Shown in pieces: positions 1 to 7,965 of a stretch of DNA of 56,130 bases. The first letter of the stretch is position 1. Every line of letters begins with the position of its first letter. The stretch spans positions 1-56,130 of IMG/VR virus record IMGVR_UViG_3300029985_000050; one strand, 5' to 3'. A program made the translations under genes and the position numbers. Origin of the DNA: a virus (lineage: Duplodnaviria; Caudoviricetes). The notes under the pieces are model-generated. The model was not told where the DNA came from. It made no database searches and was given only the letters and a program-made list of their open reading frames with translations.

Positions 1-421
1 CGGGGCGGATGCTGACGACTTCGACAAATACTGCTCTCCGAACTTCAATGATTTTCGGAATAAAGCCAGTACGCTACTCCAGCTTTTAGAGCGCCAGCTC
101 GAGGTGGGGCTATTGTCTGGTTTTCTTGGAATTTTCCGCCCAAGGACTCAAAAATAAATACAACTCCAAAAACAGACCACCAAGACCTTGAAGAAACTCT
201 ATCACAGGGTCCTCACTTATTTTTCCGAGGTTAGCTCTTCGATCACGCAGATACGTTCAGACACCCCAGAGCATTCAGAATCCACAGCCACTGCCTATAC
301 GCAAGCCCGTGGATACTCCAAGAGTTGTAGATACCGTTTACAAACAAAAGAAAAAAGCAAGTGAATTGCAGATAGATAGCCCACTTATTCACAAACATGA
401 TTCAACCCCTCCTGCAACCCC

Positions 422-486
422 ACCTAACAATCCGCTTCCACCGGCGATTTGGCTTCGCCAAACGCGGTGAAGACGGAGCGTTAGGT
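422..486 (+). repeat. attC site 1 (65 bp)
   Basis: ACCTAAC (R'', RYYYAAC) at 422-428 and GTTAGGT (R', GTTRRRY) at 480-486, with an imperfect inverted repeat between. Confidence 0.85.
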
Positions 487-540
487 GGACGCCTACGCGG
501 CGCAGCGATGAAATGGAACAAACCATGAAAATAGCTGCAA

Positions 541-1431
541 ATGAATAACCGCAAAATAGCTGCAATTTTGATAGCTGCATTCGCATGGTCAGTACCCAAT
601 GCCTACGCACAAGAAAATAACCCCGAAAACAAACATGCAGATAGCGCCAGCCAATGGAAGGGTACTAGAGTCCATGTGCTTAAAGCAAACACGATTGTAC
701 CTCAAAAGCCTATCGCCAGGGTTGGCATACTCGCCGTTGACTCCCTCGTAATTAAGAATCCAATTTGCGTAGTCTTCAGTCCGACGATCATACCGCCTGT
801 CAAGATGGCCGATGAAGGCCCCAAGGCAGATAAGCAAAATTCCACCGCAAATGAGCCATTCTTTACAAAATGGAAAGATGTCATTGCCGCCCTCGGTATG
901 TTCGGTGCGCTGGGGGTTTCCCTCGGAGCCCTGTGTATCTCCATACGCGCTCTGCACTACACCGGCAACCTGTTCCGAGTCACACGAAACGGAGCTGCGT
1001 CGCAAATTAGGGAGAGCAAAAACCTTATTGGAATCACTTCGGATACTGCCAATAGGCAGCTTCGGGCTTACGTTGGAATCACCGATGTGCGAAGCTACGC
1101 CGACAAGGTGACGTTCGGCATTAGCAACTACGGGCAAACCCCGGCCCAAGATGTTCTGGTTTGGGCGAACTGTGGGGAAACTGCCTTGTCTACCGAAGAT
1201 CTCAAAACTTTTCGCGAGAATGATGTGTCTGCCGGAACTTTGTGGCCTGGAAATCTGACGCGAAGAGGTGTGGATCGGAATGGCCTCGAGAGCCCGTTTA
1301 CCTTTCGCGGTGTGCTCACCTACACCGATATTTTCAAAAAATCCCACACCACCACATTCCAATACTTCGTGATGGACATTCCTGGGATTCACAAATCCGG
1401 CCCCCACGACAAAGGAAACTCCTTCACATAG
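541..1431 (+). CDS. Cassette protein, paralog 1: signal peptide, TM helix, conserved C-terminal domain
   Basis: MNNRKIAAILIAAFAWS leader; hydrophobic VIAALGMFGALGVSLGALCISI; RQLRAYVGI..NYGQTPA..YTDIF..TTFQY..GNS motifs shared with the next three cassettes. Confidence 0.8.
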   Translation: MNNRKIAAILIAAFAWSVPNAYAQENNPENKHADSASQWKGTRVHVLKANTIVPQKPIARVGILAVDSLVIKNPICVVFSPTIIPPVKMADEGPKADKQNSTANEPFFTKWKDVIAALGMFGALGVSLGALCISIRALHYTGNLFRVTRNGAASQIRESKNLIGITSDTANRQLRAYVGITDVRSYADKVTFGISNYGQTPAQDVLVWANCGETALSTEDLKTFRENDVSAGTLWPGNLTRRGVDRNGLESPFTFRGVLTYTDIFKKSHTTTFQYFVMDIPGIHKSGPHDKGNSFT

Positions 1432-1449
1432 CAAAATGAACGAAATTAC

Positions 1450-1513
1450 ACCTAACAATGCCGTTCCTCCGGGATTCCGCTGCGCTCCACCCGGAGAACA
1501 GGCTCCGTTAGGT
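1450..1513 (+). repeat. attC site 2 (64 bp)
   Basis: ACCTAAC...GTTAGGT hairpin; same sequence as the site at 4295-4358. Confidence 0.85.
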
Positions 1514-1567
1514 GGACGCCTACGCGGCGCAGCGATTGATGAGATAGCTGCAAAATGAAAGCAACAA

Positions 1568-2344
1568 ATGAATAACCGCAAAATAGCTGCAATTTTGATA
1601 GCTGCATTTTCATTTGCAAACGTCTACGGTCAAAAAAGCGGCAATGCTGATGACAAAGCAAATGGCGCACCCAATTCCAAACAAGTAGAGAAAAAAGGAA
1701 ATGATTCGAGCGATTACCGCCGCCACCATGTAGGTCAAGCCCCACTGTCTATCGAAGCGGTCGATACCCCAGTAGTCAAGATCGTAACCACGACAAATAC
1801 CGAAAACTGCCAGGAGAAAGAAAGCAACTACCCCTACTGCCGAATAAAGCAGTGGTTCGTGGACAACAAAGACCTGCTCTCGGGAATCGCTACGATTATT
1901 GCGGCAATTGGCGTCTGCATCAGCATTTTTGTTGCCCGAAACACGCAGAGTGTGGGACGTAGGCAGCTGCGCGCATATCTTGGAATTTCCGAGTTTGGTC
2001 TCAGCACCTCCTGCGTGATGTTCACCATTAAGAACTACGGATTGACGCCGGCAAAGAAAGTGCGCATTTGGTGTGATTGTCCCGATACAGAAAGATGGCC
2101 TGCGCTGATAAAGTGGCTTCCGAAGCACGGTATTTCCGACGGAGATCTCATGTGGCCCGGGGATACCTTGGACCGGAAAAGTGTTCGAGTCGGATTGACC
2201 GAGGAATTTTTTGCGAACGGTAAAATCAGCTACACCGATGTCTTTGGGAACCGGCAAGTGACGACATTCCAGTACTCGATTCAGAAAGGCCCTAGTGGGA
2301 TTCTTCGATGCGTTGCTCACACCAAAGGCAATTCCGCCACATAG
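1568..2344 (+). CDS. Cassette protein, paralog 2
   Basis: Same N-terminus; TM LLSGIATIIAAIGVCISIFVA; RQLRAYLGI/NYGLTPA/YTDVFG/TTFQY/KGNSAT. Confidence 0.8.
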   Translation: MNNRKIAAILIAAFSFANVYGQKSGNADDKANGAPNSKQVEKKGNDSSDYRRHHVGQAPLSIEAVDTPVVKIVTTTNTENCQEKESNYPYCRIKQWFVDNKDLLSGIATIIAAIGVCISIFVARNTQSVGRRQLRAYLGISEFGLSTSCVMFTIKNYGLTPAKKVRIWCDCPDTERWPALIKWLPKHGISDGDLMWPGDTLDRKSVRVGLTEEFFANGKISYTDVFGNRQVTTFQYSIQKGPSGILRCVAHTKGNSAT

Positions 2345-2365
2345 CAAAACAAATGAACAAATCAC

Positions 2366-2430
2366 ACCTAACACGCGCCTTCCACCCGGATTCCGGCAAG
2401 CCGGAACCGTGTGAAGAGCGGGCGTTAGGT
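2366..2430 (+). repeat. attC site 3 (65 bp)
   Basis: ACCTAAC...GTTAGGT imperfect hairpin. Confidence 0.85.
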
Positions 2431-2487
2431 GGACGCCTACGCGGCGCAGCGATGAAATGAACAAAGCAACAATGGAAATAGCTGCAA

Positions 2488-3237
2488 ATGAATAACCGCA
2501 AAATAGCTGCAACTTTGATAGCTGCAATAGCGTCATCGGTACATTCCCAAGAGATAAGGGATGTTCACTATACTTCGCACATTACCGCACAGATAGCAGC
2601 AAAAGATACCGCAAACGATACCCAAACCCCCAATCATCCATCGAAGCGCGGAGATACGGCCAAGCGTCGCGAAGGAAATACCGATACAGGGGCCAAAAAT
2701 AATGATCCCAAGAAATCCGATGAACTTTTCCCAGCTGCAAATTTCCTCAAGGTGCTTGCTACAGACTATGGTAATGATATTCTGGCGCTCATCGCATTGG
2801 GGGCTCTCGCCGCTGGTATCTGGACTGCCTGGATTACTCGCACTAACGGAAATCGGCAACTTCGGGGCTACGTTGGTGTCGAGGATCTGATTTTTGCCGA
2901 TCCCCACACCACGCTCACAATTAAGAACTATGGGCAAACGCCCGCTAGTGATGTGAAAGTCTGGCTTGACTGGGGTTCTCCCTCGAAGGACTCTACTACG
3001 CTCAGAGGAGATCCTCAAGGGCAGGTATTTGAACGCGGAGTTATCAACCCTGCCAAAACCACTGCCTGTGCGCACCCGTGCAGAGGCCCAGTAACTGGAT
3101 TCTTTATCTATGGCACGATCAGCTACACCGACATTTTTGGCGAGAATCAAACAACTACTTTCCAATACATTGTCGGATACCCGCCCGGCAGGCACCCTAC
3201 CTGCACCGTCCATTCCGAAGGCAATTCCGCAACATGA
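2488..3237 (+). CDS. Cassette protein, paralog 3
   Basis: MNNRKIAATLIAAIAS; TM ILALIALGALAAGIWTAWI; RQLRGYVGV/NYGQTPA/YTDIFG/TTFQY/EGNSAT. Confidence 0.8.
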   Translation: MNNRKIAATLIAAIASSVHSQEIRDVHYTSHITAQIAAKDTANDTQTPNHPSKRGDTAKRREGNTDTGAKNNDPKKSDELFPAANFLKVLATDYGNDILALIALGALAAGIWTAWITRTNGNRQLRGYVGVEDLIFADPHTTLTIKNYGQTPASDVKVWLDWGSPSKDSTTLRGDPQGQVFERGVINPAKTTACAHPCRGPVTGFFIYGTISYTDIFGENQTTTFQYIVGYPPGRHPTCTVHSEGNSAT

Positions 3238-3258
3238 CAAAACAAGTGAACAAACCCC

Positions 3259-3323
3259 ACCTAACAATCCGCTTCCACCGACGATCCCACTTCGTGGGAC
3301 GCGGTGAAGACGGAGCGTTAGGT
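3259..3323 (+). repeat. attC site 4 (65 bp)
   Basis: Same arms as site 1 (CCTAACAATCCGCTTCCACCG...CGCGGTGAAGACGGAGCGTTAGG), different apical stem. Confidence 0.85.
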
Positions 3324-3403
3324 GGACCCTCCGGGCGGGATTTAGCTGCAATGAACGAAATAGCTGCAATGGGAATAGCTGCAATGAACGAAATGAACAA
3401 ATC

Positions 3404-4300
3404 GTGAAAATAGCGGCAATACTGCTCATCGCAATTTCTATTGCTGGTGCTGATTCAATACCACGCATTAAAGACTCCATCCCGAAAGACTCTGTACGCA
3501 ATCCCAAGATGGAAAGCGCTGTCCACAATCAGCCCGGCACTGATAAACACCCAGCGAAGGTGGATTCTGTGCCGCCCCGTCCCCGGGTAGTTCTCGGCAG
3601 TCCACAGCGCAGCGTAAATTCTACCACAAAACACGATTCCATTGAGGGCCAGAGTAACCAAGTAGCAAATAGCGGCAAAAAGATAGACTCTCCTTGGGCA
3701 CTCATTTGGGTAGCTGTTGCTGCCATCGCGGCTTTGATTCCGGCGCTCTTTGGCCCAGCTCCCATTATCGCTGCGTTCAGATGGCTCAACTCCCGAAATC
3801 GCCGAGGTATTCCCAAGGCTGGCGCTGCCGACCAACAACCGATTAGCACAGCCCCGCCGCAAATTATTACCGCTGCCACGCAGCGACTTCCCAACCCTAC
3901 CGCGCAACAACCGATAATTCAGATTTTGGACATTCTTTACAAAAGAAACAGTACAGTCCTCACGATCACAAACCAAGGTTTGGCCCCAGCTAGATCCGCT
4001 GAAGTCTGGGCATCCTGCGGAGAGGTCGCACAGACTACCGAGGTTCTCCAAAGAATTCCCGGGGAGCCTCGTCACCTCGGTGTAATCGCGCCAGCCAGTG
4101 TCTGCACGCTCAATGCACCCAAAGAAGAGGATCTTCACCTCCCCTACTTCGTGTACGGACGAGCCACCTACGTTGATTCTTTTGGGGTGCCCCATCTCGA
4201 TACTTTTCAATGCGTAATCACCGGCATCGAATCCGGATCTTGGAATTTCCATTCCGAAGGCAATTCCACCACACAGCAAAATGAACGAAATTCTACCTAA
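3404..4300 (+). CDS. Cassette protein, paralog 4 (more diverged; stop codon lies in the attC R'' box)
   Basis: KIAAILLIAISIAGA signal; TM WALIWVAVAAIAALIPALF; NQGLAPA/YVDSFG/DTFQ/EGNS; CAG where the paralogs have their stop. Confidence 0.75.
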   Translation: MKIAAILLIAISIAGADSIPRIKDSIPKDSVRNPKMESAVHNQPGTDKHPAKVDSVPPRPRVVLGSPQRSVNSTTKHDSIEGQSNQVANSGKKIDSPWALIWVAVAAIAALIPALFGPAPIIAAFRWLNSRNRRGIPKAGAADQQPISTAPPQIITAATQRLPNPTAQQPIIQILDILYKRNSTVLTITNQGLAPARSAEVWASCGEVAQTTEVLQRIPGEPRHLGVIAPASVCTLNAPKEEDLHLPYFVYGRATYVDSFGVPHLDTFQCVITGIESGSWNFHSEGNSTTQQNERNST

Positions 4301-4358
4301 CAATGCCGTTCCTCCGGGATTCCGCTGCGCTCCACCCGGAGAACAGGCTCCGTTAGGT
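4295..4358 (+). repeat. attC site 5 (64 bp)
   Basis: Same sequence as attC site 2. Confidence 0.85.
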
Positions 4359-4379
4359 GGACGCCTACGCGGCGCAGCG

Positions 4380-4574
4380 ATGAAATGGAACAAAGCAACA
4401 ATGGATTTTGAACTATTCCGGTATGAATCCTCAGCATTATTCCAATTACTCATGAAACTAGACAAGAAGAAGCCTGGGAAAGACGATTTGAATGTTTGGA
4501 GTTCCCCTGATTGGAACGCATTCAACGTCGCCGTATTGGAGTTATTGTGCATTGCTGAACGACAGCTCAGATGA
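4380..4574 (+). CDS. Small hypothetical cassette protein
   Basis: ORF directly after attC5 and its leader; start at 4380 or 4401. Confidence 0.4.
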   Translation: MKWNKATMDFELFRYESSALFQLLMKLDKKKPGKDDLNVWSSPDWNAFNVAVLELLCIAERQLR

Positions 4575-4659
4575 CATCCAGAACCTTCAGCAACCCCCAA
4601 AAACCTATTGCCGAACCTACCCACGGAAAGATTTGGAGCCACAAATCAACGATCCACAT
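4567..4659 (-). CDS. 30-aa hydrophobic peptide MWIVDLWLQIFPWVGSAIGFWGLLKVLDVI
   Basis: Translated by hand; preceded by a GGAGA RBS within the 39-bp repeat that also starts ORF 5012-5314. Confidence 0.45.
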   Translation of the reverse strand: MWIVDLWLQIFPWVGSAIGFWGLLKVLDVI

Positions 4660-4771
4660 TTAAAATCTCCCAGTTCGTCGGTGGAATGAACAAATCATGG
4701 TAATGGCTGCAAATGAATAACCACAAAATAGCTGCAATGAGCAGCCGAACAGCAAACAACAAAGGAACGAA

Positions 4772-5059
4772 ATGAGCCACTCCACTTTTCGCGAAGCAAT
4801 CCTTCCGTACCACATCCAAGCAAATTCGGACGGAACCCACACGGTGAGGAATCGCCAAAATGCGCCGATCTTCGAAAATATCCGATTTGAAAAATTGCCG
4901 CCGAAAACTGCCGCCAAAATTTCATTCAATGGGTCTGAAGACATCTCGAGCGTGTATCTGTACTGGGGAGGTGCTCCCCCGAAAACCAAGAAGCTCAAGG
5001 CGGAGTACTTTCTACGCCTTGCTCTGCTGTGCGATCTTTCGGTCACACACGAGGCGTAA
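4772..5059 (+). CDS. Hypothetical cassette protein (95 aa)
   Basis: AAGGA RBS; preceded by the cassette leader motif. Confidence 0.65.
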   Translation: MSHSTFREAILPYHIQANSDGTHTVRNRQNAPIFENIRFEKLPPKTAAKISFNGSEDISSVYLYWGGAPPKTKKLKAEYFLRLALLCDLSVTHEA

Positions 5060-5314
5060 TGCTTCCCAGAAGGAAATGGCTCCAGGAATGTCCTTCGCAT
5101 TTTCGCAAGCCAGCGCGATGGAGTCGGCGGGAACGTCGTGATTTTCCCACTCCTCCATCACACGCTTTTTGCCGAAGTGCTCCAGGAGAATGTCGGCATT
5201 CTTTGTTTTTCCGCAACCCTGCGGGCCCCAGATCAAGACGCCACGGACTTTCACATCCTTGGGATTCTTGTGGCCTGGCTTCTTCGGGGAATAGGTCTCA
5301 AAGGGACTTCCCAT
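5012..5314 (-). CDS. Small P-loop protein
   Basis: Walker A VLIWGPQGCGKT; GGAGA RBS. Confidence 0.65.
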   Translation of the reverse strand: MGSPFETYSPKKPGHKNPKDVKVRGVLIWGPQGCGKTKNADILLEHFGKKRVMEEWENHDVPADSIALACENAKDIPGAISFWEALRLVCDRKIAQQSKA

Positions 5315-5363
5315 TTCAAATCTCCCAGTTCGTCGGTGAAATGAACAAATGCAAGAAAATCAC

Positions 5364-5428
5364 ACCTAACGCCGCCTGTTCACGGTGGCCGGACGCAGTC
5401 CGGCCACCGTGAACAGGCGGCGTTAGGC
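5364..5428 (+). repeat. attC site 6, perfect palindrome, array terminus
   Basis: Arms 5365-5394 and 5398-5427 are exact reverse complements with a 3-nt loop; ACCTAAC...GTTAGGC. Confidence 0.8.
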
Positions 5429-5472
5429 TCAGAATATAGTTTCACAACTCTGAAAATCCAACAACTTTCTGC

Positions 5473-5703
5473 TCACCCCGCTCGAAGGGAGTTCGAGGTG
5501 GTGCTGGTGGCCCTGTCGGACTTCAAAACGGGCTTGGGAGGGCTCGCAACTTCGTCATCGGTCCTGAATCTGGCCCGCTCCACGACCTCGATATCGACTT
5601 TCGAAGGTGCGTCGGAGTTGATGTGCAGCGAAATGGAGCCGTGATGCATGGATTTTGCCCTTTTGACGATGAATTCTAGCGTTTCGTCGCTGATTTCGGC
5701 CAT
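5473..5703 (-). CDS. Hypothetical protein (76 aa)
   Basis: Abuts the portal stop; GGAG RBS. Confidence 0.6.
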   Translation of the reverse strand: MAEISDETLEFIVKRAKSMHHGSISLHINSDAPSKVDIEVVERARFRTDDEVASPPKPVLKSDRATSTTSNSLRAG

Positions 5704-7518
5704 TTACTCCCCGTTTTCCTTCAAGATGGTCTCCAGAACGCCCTTGAGGTCGCCTCCGTCGTGCCGGAACGCGAGCAACGCCACCAAAAGTGCATCCGGA
5801 TCGTCCTGGTGGTCCATCAAGGCCTTCCGGAGGGCGTCGATTCGGTCTCCGGTGATTCGATTCGACCTTCCGGGCTTGTGGACCGCGCTCGCGCCGGGCT
5901 GGGTGACGCCCTTCTTCTGCTTCCCGCCGATGCTCCCTGGTGTGGACCTGGTTTTCGTCGCTTCCTTGAGGTTCACGGAGGGTGCCGCGGCGGTTTTGGA
6001 GGCGGTGGCGTGCGGAGTTGTCTGCCCACCCTCGGTCGTTCCCGAGTTTCCATCTTCTTCGCCCTGCACCGTTCCTGGAAGGGGCTCGCCGTCGTTGTCC
6101 AGGCCGAGCTGGAGGAAGAACGGATTCGGCGGCGGGTTGTTCGCCTCCTCGGCGGTGAGGCTGGTGTTGTTCGAGTACCGCCCGCCGTACCGATTCCGGC
6201 GGATCTCCAGGGCGGACAAAATGCCATTGATGAAATCTAGACTGTCTGCTTGAGACGTTTTATAGCGCACGTCGGCCGCGTCCTTCTCATTCATGCTCCA
6301 GACTGGGCGGAACTTGATCGCGTACTCGTCCGGGTCGACGTCGGGAAGGGCGGAAGCCCCAATCCACATGGTCAGGGCCTCCACCGGGGCGCGCAGGTAG
6401 AGTCCCTGTAGGGCCTCGACGCTGTCGTAATACTGGCGGGCATCTCCCTCGCCCGTCGCATTCATCCCGGCAGCGCCGCGGCCAAACAGGAGCGAGACGG
6501 GGATGTTCACGTCCGCGCTCACCCGCATCATCATCCGATCCACCACGTCGGCCACGCCTGCGAACTCGAGCTTGTCGCGGGTGTAGTCCTCGTCCTCGGC
6601 CAGCATCACGCCGTGGAGGTAGTTCTTGGAGAGCTCGATGTTCGCCATGCGCTGTTCGATCGCGCCGTAGTCCTTGGCGAGAAGGAGCTGCTTCAGGTTC
6701 TTGATCTTGTACTTTCCGATCACCGACTCCTGCATCAGGTTCGAGATCGCGTTCCAGGAAAGCCCCATGTTCGACAAGCTGTCGAACGCAGCCTGGATGA
6801 CTCCAAACCCCCAGTAGCGGCGGTAGATGTCCATACCCGGGTAGACCCGATCGGGCGTTGGGTCACCACGCCACTCCACCACGCGTGTCCAGTGGATCTC
6901 GTAGGGCGGGCCGTAGACGCGCCGGACGGTGAAGTATGCGGGGAGATCGTAGCGCACTGACTCCGGGTCGGTGTCCAGGTCCGTAGGCATGATCCAGATC
7001 TCGGCGGCCGAGTGGGTGCGCAGGCCCAGGAGCTTCTGCGGGTTCTCGGGGTCGAACTTGAACGGCGCCGAGAGGGGCTTGCCGTCGTCCCAGAGTAGGA
7101 TGGTGAGCGCCCCGCCGAAGAGCCGGGTCCACTGCAGGGCCTCGCCGAAGTGCTTGCGTACCTTCAGCCGATCCATCTGCTTCACGATCTTCCCGTCCGG
7201 ATCGCCGTCGATGTCCCACCCGTTGCGGGTGGCGTCGTCGGCCAGCATCTTCACGATCCGCTTCCCCAGCCCGTCGCCGATGTAGAAGGCGGAGAGCTCG
7301 GGGAAGGTGAGCATGTACGGCGGGTTGACCTGGTTTGCCGTCGTGCGGTCCTTGCCGCGCACGCCGGACCCTGTCACGAAGTTCCGGAAGCTGTCGTTGT
7401 GGAGGTACACCTCGCGGAGAATCCCCTCGTTGACGCGCGCGCCCAACGAAGGGCGACGCTGCATCGCCTTTGCCGCCGCGGCTTGCTCCGCCTGGATGAC
7501 TTCGAGTTCGTTGGGCAC
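5704..7518 (-). CDS. Portal protein (DUF1073/HI1409-like) with low-complexity C-terminal tail
   Basis: Downstream of terL; motifs KRIVKMLADDATRNGW, RLFGGA, IHWTRV, IPVSLLFGRGAAGMNATGEGDARQYYD. Confidence 0.85.
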   Translation of the reverse strand: MPNELEVIQAEQAAAAKAMQRRPSLGARVNEGILREVYLHNDSFRNFVTGSGVRGKDRTTANQVNPPYMLTFPELSAFYIGDGLGKRIVKMLADDATRNGWDIDGDPDGKIVKQMDRLKVRKHFGEALQWTRLFGGALTILLWDDGKPLSAPFKFDPENPQKLLGLRTHSAAEIWIMPTDLDTDPESVRYDLPAYFTVRRVYGPPYEIHWTRVVEWRGDPTPDRVYPGMDIYRRYWGFGVIQAAFDSLSNMGLSWNAISNLMQESVIGKYKIKNLKQLLLAKDYGAIEQRMANIELSKNYLHGVMLAEDEDYTRDKLEFAGVADVVDRMMMRVSADVNIPVSLLFGRGAAGMNATGEGDARQYYDSVEALQGLYLRAPVEALTMWIGASALPDVDPDEYAIKFRPVWSMNEKDAADVRYKTSQADSLDFINGILSALEIRRNRYGGRYSNNTSLTAEEANNPPPNPFFLQLGLDNDGEPLPGTVQGEEDGNSGTTEGGQTTPHATASKTAAAPSVNLKEATKTRSTPGSIGGKQKKGVTQPGASAVHKPGRSNRITGDRIDALRKALMDHQDDPDALLVALLAFRHDGGDLKGVLETILKENGE

Positions 7519-7601
7519 GTGGAGTTACCTCTTCGAGGGACGCGTGACGGTCTTCTTGGTGGCGTTGGGCGGCTTCCCGAGGGGTTGGACGATGCCGGTG
7601 C

Positions 7602-7943
7602 TCACTGGCCGACCCAAGGGTACACCGTGCCGTTGATGCCGGTGATGACCAGCGCGCGATCGCCTTCCAGCGAGTACTCGTTGGGCCACACTACGGGAGT
7701 CCCGTTGACCGGGATGAGGGCGGTGTCCAAGTTCGCCGCGGCGCCGCTGGGGGTTTGGCTGACGAACTGGAGCGTACCCGTGTGCCCGGCCACCTCCACG
7801 GAAGCACTCAGTGTGATCGGCCTGTTCTTGTCCAGGTTCTGCTGGAGCAGGTACCAGGTGCCGTTGGTGGTGATCCCTTGTCCGAGGTCGGTGTCGACCA
7901 GAGGTCCGGGGTTTCCGTTCGTGAATTGCTGCCATCTGGCCAT
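7602..7943 (-). CDS. Hypothetical protein (113 aa)
   Basis: GAGGAG RBS; between terL and portal. Confidence 0.65.
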   Translation of the reverse strand: MARWQQFTNGNPGPLVDTDLGQGITTNGTWYLLQQNLDKNRPITLSASVEVAGHTGTLQFVSQTPSGAAANLDTALIPVNGTPVVWPNEYSLEGDRALVITGINGTVYPWVGQ

Positions 7944-7965
7944 TGTGTATCTCCTCAGTCGTTGG

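Larger units (their letters stand above)
4657..5350. repeat. 39-bp direct repeat (4657-4695 and 5312-5350, 2 mismatches)
   Basis: CATTT(A/C)AAATCTCCCAGTTCGTCGGTG(G/A)AATGAACAAAT. Confidence 0.9.
1..5428 (+). mobile_element. Integron-type gene cassette array (3' part; intI/attI not in window)
   Basis: Six attC-like sites about 0.9-1.1 kb apart, each just downstream of co-oriented ORFs; GC lower than in the phage region. Confidence 0.85.

Noticed and set aside
2-364. Partial first cassette ORF
   Set aside because: Frame 2 has an in-frame TAA at 155-157 and the start is outside the window, so gene versus pseudogene cannot be decided
422-5428. Repeated hairpins as a CRISPR array or REP elements
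   Set aside because: Spacing of about 1 kb with whole genes between, and RYYYAAC/GTTRRRY ends, fit attC instead
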